In this document: one piece after another, positions 9,017 to 19,658 of the stretch
Layout: each line of letters starts with the position of its first letter
Numbering within the stretch: position 1 is the first letter of the stretch
Origin: Eledone cirrhosa
Taxonomy: Eukaryota
Assembly (NCBI GenBank): GCA_964016885.1
Contig: OZ024740.1
Location: 411,742,001-411,806,000 of the forward strand
Direction of reading: 5' to 3'
DNA length: 64,000 nucleotides
Position numbers and translations under genes: made by a program
Notes under the pieces: model-generated
Database searches by the model: none
What the model saw: the letters and a program-made list of their open reading frames with translations, nothing else
What the model was told of the DNA's origin: nothing

Positions 9017-12000
9017 ATGACCTCACTCAGAATAGGCAGCATAAATGCGCGTGGCTTGGGGTCGTCATGGAAGCAGGGCCACCTGCTCAACGACCTCAGG
9101 TCACTAAACATAGATGTAGTGGCCATCAGCGAGACCAGAATCTCCGAAAGCACAGGCTTTCGCACCGATCTTCGGCGGCTACGATGTGTACGCATCTTCC
9201 AGCCGTCCGGGATCGGGGGAGGAGTTGCTGTGCTTTTTCGGAGAGGTTTGGATCTTGCCATACGGGCCATCTTCCTGGACCCAGAAGGTAAGTTGGTAGT
9301 GCTGGACGTGACCAGCGGAGACGGCCAAGCTTTCAGGTTAGTGGCCGTCTATGCCCCGACAGGAGCAGGGCGGCCTGATTTCTTCCGGCGTCTGGAGACC
9401 TTTCTTGGAACGTCCCGCTCTTTAGTGTTAGTGGGCGACTGGAACGGGATCTTAGATGCACGCTGGGATTGTGTGGGAATAGTGGATAGGGAAGGAGGGT
9501 GCAAGAGTCTCACCAACCTGCTCAGACGTTTTGAACTGTCTGACAGGTACCGAATGGATTTCCCGAATGTACCAATGTGGACTTGGACAAATCGCATAGG
9601 GTCATCCAGATCATATCTAGATAGTGTATTTTGTAGGGAAATAGATAGGTCTAGCATAGGCTGTCCACAATTCAAGATAGTCAGCTACACGGACCACAAA
9701 TTCGTGATCTGTGTGCTTGACTTAGATAGGCTTCATAGACGAGGACCCGGCTACTGGAAGCTAAACGCGTCCTTACCAGCGCGCAAGGCCTACAGAGACT
9801 GGATTAGCGAACTAGTTAAGCGGGCGAAGACGGGGGCCATCGTCAACAACAAGTGGTGGTTTGCTCTGAAAAGAGCAATTAGAATAGAGTCCATTAGGTT
9901 TAGTAAGACTTTAGCAATAGAGAATAATAGAGCAGAGGGAGAATTAGTTAGAAAGGCGCTTAGCAAAGGCATCGCGACCGACGTACTTGCGGCGAAATTG
10001 GCCCTTGACCAATTCTTCAATGCAAAGCACGAAGGCTGCGTTGTCAGAGCTAGGATGCGTGCTCTCAGACACGAGGGGACGAAAGCCGTTCAATGGGCCC
10101 GAGTGACGGAGGCACGTCGTGGCAACAAAGCCACGATCCGGTCTTTGGTGGACCACGACGGGCGCATGCTACTCGATCCCGGGCAAATGTGTGAAGCTTT
10201 TCAGCGACACTTCGCTCAACTGTTCGGGGGCAGTGGCGGGCCGGATCGAGGGATGGACTTTAGTGTCTACCTCGACGGACTGCCGCGGCTTTCGGCCACT
10301 GAGGCGGAGTGTTGCGAAAAGCCGATAACAACCGCTGAAGTACCTGATGCAATGACTAGTTGCACAAGGGGTAAATCGCCTGGTTTAGATGGTCTGCCCT
10401 ATGAACTTTACGTACAAATGCCAAACTTGTTCGGAGGCCTCTTGGCGGACGTCTGCTGCAACTGGCAACAGAACGGGAGAATTCCCAGCTCTGTGAGCCG
10501 AGGAGCGGTGGCGCTGCTGAGAAAGGATCCGAACAAGGGGTATAACATAGATAATTTTAGGCCCATAACTCTGCTAAACACAGAGTTCAAGATTTTGGCC
10601 AAGGTGCTAGCAAAGAGGTTGGCGCTTGTCGTTGGTGGTCTGGTGGGAGAGGCACATACATGCGCCATTCCCGACAGATCCATTCACGACAACCTCCACC
10701 TCATGCGATACATCGTAGAGAGGGTAGCTAGGGAACTTGGCACGGGTGGGTCTTTGATCAATTTAGATCAGTCGAAAGCCTTCGATAGGGTCGACCATCG
10801 TTACCTAGCGGCAGTCCTGAGGGCGGCTGGCTTTGGACCCGTCTTCCGAGGCTGGATCGCTGCCATGCACAGCGACATCTGCTCTGTAGTGAGAGTGAAC
10901 GGTCACCTTTCGGAACCGTTCAACATCATGCGCTCGGTCCGCCAAGGATGTCCCCTCTCGTCCCTATTGTACGTATTGACTCTCGAGCCATTACTGCACA
11001 AACTGGAGACGTTGAGGGGGGTCCCGCGCGAACTAGGATGCGGAAGATCCGTGTCAGCATATGCCGACGATGTCACCGTAGTGGTGTCGAACGCCAAACA
11101 CATCGAGGCGATCGGCACTACACTAAGAGAATACGAAGCGCTGACAGGAGCAATGATCAACCAGGAAAAGTCAGTGGGCCTGCAGCTCGGCACCATGCCG
11201 TCCAACAGCGTCGTCGGGCGCTGGACGGACGGACCGGTTAAATTGCTAGGGGTCTGGTTCGGTCCAGACCTCCAGACGGACAAAAACTGGGACGAGGTGA
11301 CGAGCAGGGTGGCTTCTCTCACCCAGAAATGGGCCGAGAGGAAGCTATTCCTGAAAGGTCGAGCGGAGGTGGCTAACGCATACATCACGTCCGTCATCTA
11401 CTACCGCCTGACCGTCGTACCTTGTCCTAAGCCCCGCCTGACTGCGCTGGAGCGTTTGCTCTTTCGCTTCTTGTGGAAGGGACGCGCTCCGATGGTCAGG
11501 CGGTCCATCTGCTGTCAACACCCGCTACGTGGAGGGCTGGGCATGCCGTGGCTGATGATGCGCAGACACGCGCTCAGGCTACGACATCTCCACCTCTTCC
11601 TCGACGGTGATCAGGTGTGGTCGCCGTTTGCTAGACACGTTTTTCCCCAGCTCGTCTCCTTGACGGAGCTGCAGTATGGGGTCAAGCGAAGACCGAGAGG
11701 GAGTGCTTGGAGACTGGAATGTCTTCAGGCGCTCACAGCCCTCGACCAATCGGGCAATGTGATCGGTGGAAACTCCACCTTGGCGTTCTATAGGGGATTA
11801 GTGGAGGGAAAGAGCGACGACGTACTTGGAGAAACTCTAGGCGTCGACGAAAATCAACTAGCCAATCTCTTCGGAAGGACTTTCGGGCCGGGGCCTATGG
11901 ACAACTTCCAGAAATCCCTGGCCTGGCAGTGCTACCGGGGTGCTTTGCCAGTTCGGGATAAACTTTACAGGCATGGAGGTGCCGTCAGCCGGGCATGTCC

Positions 12001-12412
12001 GAGATGCGCACAGGGCGACGAAACCGTCCTCCACGCACTCGTCCAGTGTCCGAGCATTGCTGACTTGTGGGTTTATGTCGAACACCTGCTGTCACGTGTA
12101 GGACGGATCCAGCTATCAGCTGAGTCCATCGTGAGGATTGCCCCACCCACTTCCTTTAGCCGGGAAGGGCAGGCAGTTTTTATCTGTCTGGTGGCCATGG
12201 CGAAAGAGATAGTATGGTGGACACGTTTGAAAGGGCTGAAGACGAACACTTACCTCTTCGGTGATGCCCTGATTAACTTTTTCAAATTTCATCTGAAAAG
12301 GAAAATCAGGGAAGAGAGGGAAGTGCTCTCTTCCCAGCATTTTGTTGAAAGATGGGTGAGAGAAGCAAGTATGGCCCGAATGAATGGGCCTTCTCTGAGT
12401 ATGTGTCTGTAA
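9017..12412 (+). CDS. ORF2 (APE-RT-CCHC) of copy B
   Basis: Open frame with the same motifs as A1. A compensated frameshift at about 9147-9215 scrambles roughly 20 aa of APE, and there are two short in-frame deletions. Confidence 0.9.
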   Translation: MTSLRIGSINARGLGSSWKQGHLLNDLRSLNIDVVAISETRISESTGFRTDLRRLRCVRIFQPSGIGGGVAVLFRRGLDLAIRAIFLDPEGKLVVLDVTSGDGQAFRLVAVYAPTGAGRPDFFRRLETFLGTSRSLVLVGDWNGILDARWDCVGIVDREGGCKSLTNLLRRFELSDRYRMDFPNVPMWTWTNRIGSSRSYLDSVFCREIDRSSIGCPQFKIVSYTDHKFVICVLDLDRLHRRGPGYWKLNASLPARKAYRDWISELVKRAKTGAIVNNKWWFALKRAIRIESIRFSKTLAIENNRAEGELVRKALSKGIATDVLAAKLALDQFFNAKHEGCVVRARMRALRHEGTKAVQWARVTEARRGNKATIRSLVDHDGRMLLDPGQMCEAFQRHFAQLFGGSGGPDRGMDFSVYLDGLPRLSATEAECCEKPITTAEVPDAMTSCTRGKSPGLDGLPYELYVQMPNLFGGLLADVCCNWQQNGRIPSSVSRGAVALLRKDPNKGYNIDNFRPITLLNTEFKILAKVLAKRLALVVGGLVGEAHTCAIPDRSIHDNLHLMRYIVERVARELGTGGSLINLDQSKAFDRVDHRYLAAVLRAAGFGPVFRGWIAAMHSDICSVVRVNGHLSEPFNIMRSVRQGCPLSSLLYVLTLEPLLHKLETLRGVPRELGCGRSVSAYADDVTVVVSNAKHIEAIGTTLREYEALTGAMINQEKSVGLQLGTMPSNSVVGRWTDGPVKLLGVWFGPDLQTDKNWDEVTSRVASLTQKWAERKLFLKGRAEVANAYITSVIYYRLTVVPCPKPRLTALERLLFRFLWKGRAPMVRRSICCQHPLRGGLGMPWLMMRRHALRLRHLHLFLDGDQVWSPFARHVFPQLVSLTELQYGVKRRPRGSAWRLECLQALTALDQSGNVIGGNSTLAFYRGLVEGKSDDVLGETLGVDENQLANLFGRTFGPGPMDNFQKSLAWQCYRGALPVRDKLYRHGGAVSRACPRCAQGDETVLHALVQCPSIADLWVYVEHLLSRVGRIQLSAESIVRIAPPTSFSREGQAVFICLVAMAKEIVWWTRLKGLKTNTYLFGDALINFFKFHLKRKIREEREVLSSQHFVERWVREASMARMNGPSLSMCL

Positions 12413-12657
12413 ATTAAAGGTGGAAAACTGGGAGAGGGCACTTGCCCTGGTGGTCAGGGCCACTGTGGTCTTTTAATGGGTTTCTCCACAAATGTCCCTC
12501 AGAAGTCTCCCCCCTATTGGGGAATTTTTCTTTGTTATTTTATTTCATCCTCTGTTTTTTTTTACACGCAGAAATGCCCATTTGTACCGTCCTGTATTGT
12601 CCTGTACTGTCCTTAATGTCTACTTTATGTAAACCCTTGTGGTTAATAAAGAAAACA

Positions 12658-12870
12658 TTTGGCTTTTTACAGGGCTTTCTCCACAAATGTCCCTCCGAAG
12701 TCTCCCCCCCTATTGGGGAATTTTTCATTGTTATTTTCATTGTTATTTTTTGTTACATCCTCTGTTTTTGTTTTTTACACGCAGAAATGCCCATTTGTGC
12801 CGTCCTGCATTGTCCTGCACTGTCCTTAATGTCTACTTTATGTAAACCCTTGTGGTTAATAAAGAAATCA
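12658..12870 (+). mobile_element. Extra 5'-truncated 3'UTR of the Tx1-like family
   Basis: Second copy of the 3'UTR, closer to the A-type sequence, ending aaagaaatca(TTA)n. Confidence 0.9.
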
Positions 12871-12899
12871 TTATTATTATTATTATTGTTATTGTTATT

Positions 12900-15800
12900 C
12901 CTTGAATCTCAGTCATTGATGTTGGTTAACTGGAAAGTCCGTTGGATTGAATATCAAGCCACTACCTGCAGCCTCAGATATTCAGGACGTATCGGAGGGT
13001 TCTTGCCGTTCCAAGCAAGCATGCCTTTTGAAGCGTTCCAAAAAGCGTGAAGGGGCCGATTTTCTTTAACCATCCCTGGAAACCTTTGGAGATAGTCCCC
13101 AGTGCGCCTATGACAATCGGGATCACTTTGACTTCATGGCAGTTCCAAATCCTTTTCACCTCCCACTTTAGGTCCTGGTATCGGTTAATTTTCTCCCTCT
13201 CCTTCTCTTGCACTCTCGTGTCGAACGGGCAGGCCACATCCACAATCAGGCACGATCTTTTTTCTTTGTCCACAACCACCAGGTCAGGTCTATTGTGTTC
13301 CAGTTTTTTGTCCGTCTGTATCCTAAAATCCCACAGCACCTTCACCTGACTGTTCTCCATCACCGCCTCTGGCCTATGCTCATACCATTTCTCAGAATGT
13401 GGTAGATTGTTTACTTTGCACAGGTGCCAGTGGATCACCCTGCCCATCACATCGTGTCTCCAGCCCTTATAGTGGGTCTGGGCTAGGTGTTTACACTCGG
13501 ACACAATGTGAGCCACAGTCTCCTCTCTCTCTCCACAGATCCTGCACAGTGGGCTAGCCTCCTCCTTGTAGATATGGTGCTTCAACCACTTCGTTTTGAG
13601 GGCCTGCTCCTGCGCAGCCATTAGCATTCCTTCTGTAGCCTTTTTGAGGTCTCCTCTTCTCAACCAGTTCCATGTCTGTGGATCTCTAAATTCAGTTTTC
13701 TCAAAGAAGGTACTATGAAGGGATTTTCCCTTAAGGCTGCTCTTCCTCCTTGATGTTATTTCCTCCTTGGGTATCCCCTGGCCTACTGTCCCCTCCTTCA
13801 GTACAGCTCTGAGCATTGGCTCCTTACTATAGGTCACGTATTTGTATAGGTTGTTTTTCTCCATCTGAACACAGTCCTCTATGCTGATAAGACCTCTTCC
13901 ACCCTCAGATCTCCTTAGGTAGAGTCTATCGACATCACTCCTCTTGTGGAACATGTTGTAGATAGTCAATAGCTTCCTAGTCTTCCTATCCATTTCTTTT
14001 TGTTCAGCAACATTCCATCTCAGAATTCCCGCACTGTACCTAATAATAGACACAGCTCGGGAATTTACTGCGCTTATGGCATTTCTGCTGTTCAGATGTG
14101 ACTTCAATACGCTCCTTACTCTCCGAATGTATTCAGTTCTTAACAATTCCTTCATTTTTTTGTTCTTTATGCCATCAGCCTCCAGAACGCCCAAATACTT
14201 GTATCCTTCCTCAGAGTCAATTTCCTTTATCATCTCACCTGTTGGTATCTGGATCCCGTTACTTCTGCTCAACCTACCCCTCCTCATCACAATGACTCCA
14301 CATTTACCAATACCAAACTGCATACATATATCACTGCTGAAAATACGGACAGTGTCAACAAGCACATCCAACTCCTTCTCACTTTTCCCGAAGAGCTTAA
14401 GATCGTCCATGAAGAGGAGGTGATTGATGGTAAGCTCTCCCCTTCCCAACTTGTATCCTGCTCTCACTTTTCGCAGCATAATGGTCAAGGGCATCAGGGC
14501 AAGGACAAACAACAGAGGGGACAGGCTATCTCCCTGGAAGATACCTCTCTTGATCTTCACGCTTCCCAAGGATACTCCAGTTGATGTCAACTCTGTCTCC
14601 CAGGACCCCATACTCCTGCCCAGCAACTGTCTGATGTTATCTGCCACCCTGAAGATCTCCAGGCTTTTGGTGATCCAGGAATGAGGCACCATGTCAAATG
14701 CCTTTCTGTAGTCTATCCATCCCATGGCAAGATCAGTGTGTCTCCTCCTGCAATTCCCCATTACCATCTTATCAATAAGCAACTGGTCCTTTGTACCACG
14801 TGACTTCTTTCGGCATCCTTTCTGTTCGTCCGGCAACAAGTTGTTTGTGTGGAGGTGATGGTAGATTTCCTCAGACACAATGCTCGTCAACAGTTTCCAC
14901 ATTACGGGCAGACATGTGATAGGTCTATAGTTGGTAACATCATTACCCTTGATTCGGTCTTTCATTATCAGAACTGTGGTACCTTTTGTCAACCACTCTG
15001 GCACCTCACCCGACACCAAGCAGTCATTGAACATGGCCGTCAGCTTCGGGTGGAGGGATGTTAAATGTTTAATCCAATACCCCTGCACACCATCTGGGCC
15101 TGGTGATTTCCAGTTGGTTAGTTTTTTGGCTTGCCCCTTAAGAGTTTCAACTGTGATACTCAAATCAGTCTGTTGCTGTGCCTGCTCACCGATCTCCCTC
15201 TGTACTGTCTCAATCCACCCTGCCTGGGCATTGTGTCTAACATCCTGCTCCCATATTCCTCTCCAGAATGTTTTAGCTTGTTCCGCCCCAGGGATCAAGT
15301 CGGTGCCTCTTTCTTTCCCCTCAAGCTGTCCAAACAGCATCTTCTGGTTGTTGTCGAACATGCGGTTCTGTTTATACTGACTGACTCTGTTCTCGTATCG
15401 CCTGATTTTGGCACTCTTTGCTACAATGCGTTGCTTCAATTCCTCTATGATAATATTTAGCTTTTTACTCCTAGTTTTGTATTTTATTTCCAGTCTATTT
15501 TTAGTGCATATGTTTTTTAGTGTCCCATTCAGTAGTGACTCAAGCTTTCCTATGTCATTTCTCATTTCCCCGATTTGCCCACTCAGTCGCTTCTTCCACC
15601 ACGGCTCTGCTCTTTCTTGTCTGTTGTTTCCTCTCGCTTTTATACCAAGTAGTTTCCTCACCGTATTTGCTGTTGCTTTGAGGATATTGTTGCACTGGTG
15701 AAGACTCCTCGCCTCAAGGTATGGGATGACTTTGTTTACCTTAGCTGTTGTTTCTTTTAACTTTTTCCTGTCTACAAATCTTAGGTTCATAGGTCTCCCA

Positions 15801-16279
15801 CTATCATTGTTCAACTCATCTACCACTAAATTTAGGATGTCAACCGAATCTTGTCCTAGCCCGTCAGCATTCATCTCCTCAGTGGCCGTATCTCTGTTCC
15901 AGGTATTATTTATCTCAGTATTCAGATCATTGTCTGCTTCGGGTGGTTCCTCCGCTCTCAGGACCTCCTCACCTTCATTTCCCGCCGGCTCGCTTGTCTG
16001 GCATACTACACCCGCCATCTCCAAGCCATTCTCTCTGCTCAGTTCCTCCAGTTCCAGCTCGCTTATCCACCCATTAGTTCTTATTACCCGAGCCTGCCCG
16101 GCCAATTTTTGTTCATCTAATTTAAATAAACCAATCTCGTTCCAGATGTTATGCATCCGTCTCCTGTAGCCCCTCTCCTTGGGGTTACTTTTCAGGTAGC
16201 ATTGCATAACAGTTCTATTAAATTCTTTCGTCCAGTTGGTTCTGGCCCCTTTCCTTCTTCTTCTTCCTCCAACATCAGC

Positions 16280-16281
<2 letters not shown>
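12900..16281 (-). mobile_element. Dong/R4-clade non-LTR retrotransposon, near full length
   Basis: Single RT + RLE ORF with both ends in (TAA)n, the established Dong target. Confidence 0.92.
12974..16207 (-). CDS. Dong/R4 ORF: RT + CCHC + restriction-like endonuclease
   Basis: NWKSPGPDG, YRPITCL, QGDSLSP, LFMDD; CRIC..ETVAHIVSEC, RHD, RPDL..D. The frame stays open upstream to the TAA tract, so it is slightly 5'-truncated. Confidence 0.95.
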   Translation of the reverse strand: MQCYLKSNPKERGYRRRMHNIWNEIGLFKLDEQKLAGQARVIRTNGWISELELEELSRENGLEMAGVVCQTSEPAGNEGEEVLRAEEPPEADNDLNTEINNTWNRDTATEEMNADGLGQDSVDILNLVVDELNNDSGRPMNLRFVDRKKLKETTAKVNKVIPYLEARSLHQCNNILKATANTVRKLLGIKARGNNRQERAEPWWKKRLSGQIGEMRNDIGKLESLLNGTLKNICTKNRLEIKYKTRSKKLNIIIEELKQRIVAKSAKIRRYENRVSQYKQNRMFDNNQKMLFGQLEGKERGTDLIPGAEQAKTFWRGIWEQDVRHNAQAGWIETVQREIGEQAQQQTDLSITVETLKGQAKKLTNWKSPGPDGVQGYWIKHLTSLHPKLTAMFNDCLVSGEVPEWLTKGTTVLIMKDRIKGNDVTNYRPITCLPVMWKLLTSIVSEEIYHHLHTNNLLPDEQKGCRKKSRGTKDQLLIDKMVMGNCRRRHTDLAMGWIDYRKAFDMVPHSWITKSLEIFRVADNIRQLLGRSMGSWETELTSTGVSLGSVKIKRGIFQGDSLSPLLFVLALMPLTIMLRKVRAGYKLGRGELTINHLLFMDDLKLFGKSEKELDVLVDTVRIFSSDICMQFGIGKCGVIVMRRGRLSRSNGIQIPTGEMIKEIDSEEGYKYLGVLEADGIKNKKMKELLRTEYIRRVRSVLKSHLNSRNAISAVNSRAVSIIRYSAGILRWNVAEQKEMDRKTRKLLTIYNMFHKRSDVDRLYLRRSEGGRGLISIEDCVQMEKNNLYKYVTYSKEPMLRAVLKEGTVGQGIPKEEITSRRKSSLKGKSLHSTFFEKTEFRDPQTWNWLRRGDLKKATEGMLMAAQEQALKTKWLKHHIYKEEASPLCRICGEREETVAHIVSECKHLAQTHYKGWRHDVMGRVIHWHLCKVNNLPHSEKWYEHRPEAVMENSQVKVLWDFRIQTDKKLEHNRPDLVVVDKEKRSCLIVDVACPFDTRVQEKEREKINRYQDLKWEVKRIWNCHEVKVIPIVIGALGTISKGFQGWLKKIGPFTLFGTLQKACLLGTARTLRYVLNI

Positions 16282-16335
<54 letters not shown>

Positions 16336-16346
16336 CGTTGTTATTA

Positions 16347-17273
16347 CTCTTTGAGTCTCAGTCATTGATGTTAGTTAACTGGAAAGTTTGTTGAAATGAA
16401 TATCAAGCCACTACCTGCAGCCCCATATATTCAGGACGTATCGGAGAGTTCTTGCTGTTCCCAGCAAGCATGCCTTTTGAAGCGTTCCAAAAAGCGTGAA
16501 GGGGAAGATTTTCTTTAACCATCCCTGGAAACCTTTTGAGATAGTCCCTAGTGCGCCTATGACAATCGGGATCACTTTGAATTCATGGCAGTTCCAAATC
16601 CTTTTTACCTCCCACTCTAAGTACTGGTATCGGTTAATTTTCTCCCTCTCCTTCTCTTGCACTCTCGTGTCGAATGGGCAGGCCACATCCACAATCAGGC
16701 ACGATCTTTTTTCTTTGTCCACAACCACCAGGTCAGGTCTATTGTGTCACAGTTTCTTATCCGTCTGTATCCTAAAATCCCACAGCACCTTCACCTGATC
16801 GTTTTCTATCACCGCCTCTGGCTTATGCTCATACAACTCCTCAGAATGTGGTAAATTGATTACCTTGTATAGGTGCCAGTGGATCACCCTGCCCATCACA
16901 TCATGTCTCCAGCCCTTATAGTGAGTCTGGGCTAGGTGTTTACACTCGGATACAATGTGAGTCACAGTCTCCTCTCTCTCTCCACAGATCCTTCCCAGTG
17001 TGCTAGCCTCCCACTTGTAAATATGGTGTCTTTACCTCCCACTTTAAGTCCTGGTATAGGTTAATTTACTCCCTCTCCTTCTCTTGCTATCTCGTGTCGA
17101 ATGGGAAGGCCACATCCCTGCCCATAACATCATGTCTCCAGCCCTTATAGTGAGTCTGGGCTAGATGTTTACACTCGGATACAATGTGAGGCACCGTCTC
17201 CTCTCTCTCTCCCCACAGATCCTGCACAGTGGGCTAGCCTCCTCCTTGTAAATATGGTGTTTCAACCACTTCG

Positions 17274-17276
<3 letters not shown>
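16347..17276 (-). mobile_element. 5'-truncated, internally rearranged Dong/R4 copy
   Basis: RLE-domain fragments (ORFs 16411-16728 and 16747-16965). 17030-17276 repeats pieces of 16605-17030. Confidence 0.9.
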
Positions 17277-17311
<35 letters not shown>

Positions 17312-17526
17312 GAATGCCATGGTTGACGGAGGCTCGGCTCTGTAAGGTATAGTAATTTTTAACCGTTAAAACAATTGTAAATTGTTTAAAACTTGAACCA
17401 AATTGTTGATAAAGACACCCTCCTCCTCGTGAGAGGGGTCTTTCTGTCCGTTATTTGGCCCTTCGGGGTTAAATAACCAGTTATTGGGGTTTTGTACCCA
17501 AAATTTCATTTTAAACAAAAAACAAC

Positions 17527-19623
17527 ATGGCTACGAAAAAGAAATTTCATACGTCACTCCCACTCATTCCGTCTTCTTCTTCCTCAATCATCACTACAGC
17601 AGAGAGAAGATTGTCTCTCTCCCTCCCTTCTTTAAATGTGTCTCGCTCCCTCCCTTCTCTTTCGCAAGTGACGAAAGAAAAGAAAAGTCTCGTGCAAAGC
17701 GTGCAAGGTTTCTCCACGACGACGACGACAGCGACGAAACAGGTGTGCGGGAAATACGAAAACCCAGTTCATTCGTCTGACGTCAGGAATAATAGCAGTA
17801 GCAGCCGTAATAACAACAGCAACAGTGACAATGAAAACAACAGTAGCAGCCGCAACAGCATCACCAGCAGCATAAACAACAACAGCATTAGCAGCAGCAA
17901 CACCAACAACAACCACAGCAACAGCGGCGGAGGCAGTAGTCGTAGTACCTGCAGCAACAACAAAAGTACCAGCAGCTCTGACGACAACAACAACAGCAGA
18001 GAAAAACCAATCTCATTTGCAGGTATTGCGAAAAACTTGGAAACAATCCTCATAACAAATGAGGAATTAGAGGAAGCGAAGAAGATGGTGACAAAGAACG
18101 GACACCGAGCAATCTGCAAGGCAGCGAAAAATTTTTTCGAAACCCAAGAGCACTGTACGGTCACGTACCGTACAGTAAGTACAAAATCCCGTAGGGTGGA
18201 AAGAGCCACAGAGGCCCAAATACAAAAAGCCTTGGGGTCTGTGTGGCAGAGGAAAACGCACATCACCCGAGGCAAAAAATACGCCACCGTAGACGTACTT
18301 TTTGCCACACCCCAGGAGGCAAAGGCCCAATCAGTAGTGACTCTAAGGAGCGAGGAAATGGTGTTGGTGCCCTCCTACTGCGGGCAAAAAATTGTGAGGG
18401 TCAAACTGACCCACGTCCCCCCCGGAATGACCCCTTCTTGGCTGGCCGCGTCTGTCCTCGTCGGAATCGAGGACAAAACAACTGTACTGCAAGTACAGAA
18501 AAAAGTAAGAGAAGATTGGGTCGGCTCCTCCATTGAGATGCTAATCCAAACCAACCAGGAGTGCATCGAAGCTATCCCGGATGTGATAGACTTCGATAAC
18601 GGCACTCAACTGCCCATAAGTGTTGAGGGCAAACGCCCGAAATGCTTTCGCTGTGGATCGAAGACTCACCTCAGGGCCTTCTGCAACGAGAAGACCCTGA
18701 GAAAGGAGAAAACCCCCCTCCTTCCGAATCCGGCTCCACGGCTACCAGCAACAGGACAAGCGGCAACCAGGAACGATAGGTCCGTGGTACCCATACCCAC
18801 TCCACGGAAATCTAAGACAGCAGCAGCAGTGGAAATATTAACAACAACAACAGCAATACCAAATGCAGCTGCAACAGAGACTCCAGTGCAAACATCACCA
18901 ACAACAACAAGTGAAAGAGTGGAGCTGGTACCCCTCCCCGACCTTACAGAATCAGACATGAAGTGTGAGGTGGGAGAGGGATGGCAAAAGGTCGCAAGAA
19001 GGCACAAACGCAGAAGCAGCGCATCGTCGCCTTTGAAAAGGGAGGAAAGAAATGAGAAAAGGGTAAAGTCTACTGCAAAGAGACCCACAGCAGCAACAAC
19101 ACCAACACCATCACCACCCACACTAGCGCCACCATCACCACCGGCGACAACCCCACCGCCAACAACACCTTCAACACCACCACCACAAGCACCAACATCG
19201 CAAACACAACAACAAAACACACACACCCAGCAACAACGACAAGAAAATAGCAGAACCACACCCCACCCCCAGAAAAACAAATGCACGGCAATAAATACAC
19301 ACAACAAGAAACTAATGACTTACATAATTGAACACACAGACATTTCACAACAGGACTACATAATACCAGCACCAATCAAAACGCCAACTAACATAAGACT
19401 GCTAAAAATAGCACAGAAACAATACACAAACATTAAAACGAAATTCCCCAACGCAGTTGGTGATTTCAGGGACCTAGGAGGAACCATTAATCGAAGAGTA
19501 TATTCAGACATTCTCTTAGAAGAGCCGACGACCAGCCGAAGGGACGATTCAACGGTCCCTTCACCAGACGATCAAGTGAAAAGGGATGTAAAAACCATCC
19601 CTCCTCTACCAAAAGTACGGTAA
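17527..19623 (+). CDS. ORF1 type A
   Basis: Intact 698 aa ORF with CCHC knuckle. Confidence 0.9.
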   Translation: MATKKKFHTSLPLIPSSSSSIITTAERRLSLSLPSLNVSRSLPSLSQVTKEKKSLVQSVQGFSTTTTTATKQVCGKYENPVHSSDVRNNSSSSRNNNSNSDNENNSSSRNSITSSINNNSISSSNTNNNHSNSGGGSSRSTCSNNKSTSSSDDNNNSREKPISFAGIAKNLETILITNEELEEAKKMVTKNGHRAICKAAKNFFETQEHCTVTYRTVSTKSRRVERATEAQIQKALGSVWQRKTHITRGKKYATVDVLFATPQEAKAQSVVTLRSEEMVLVPSYCGQKIVRVKLTHVPPGMTPSWLAASVLVGIEDKTTVLQVQKKVREDWVGSSIEMLIQTNQECIEAIPDVIDFDNGTQLPISVEGKRPKCFRCGSKTHLRAFCNEKTLRKEKTPLLPNPAPRLPATGQAATRNDRSVVPIPTPRKSKTAAAVEILTTTTAIPNAAATETPVQTSPTTTSERVELVPLPDLTESDMKCEVGEGWQKVARRHKRRSSASSPLKREERNEKRVKSTAKRPTAATTPTPSPPTLAPPSPPATTPPPTTPSTPPPQAPTSQTQQQNTHTQQQRQENSRTTPHPQKNKCTAINTHNKKLMTYIIEHTDISQQDYIIPAPIKTPTNIRLLKIAQKQYTNIKTKFPNAVGDFRDLGGTINRRVYSDILLEEPTTSRRDDSTVPSPDDQVKRDVKTIPPLPKVR

Positions 19624-19658
19624 GTGGTCTTTCCCATCTTTTCCACTCTATTTTAAAC

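Larger units (their letters stand above)
6781..12657 (+). mobile_element. Full-length Tx1-like retrotransposon, ORF1 type B (copy B)
   Basis: 5'UTR and ORF1 differ from A1, while ORF2 and 3'UTR are highly similar to A1. Confidence 0.93.
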
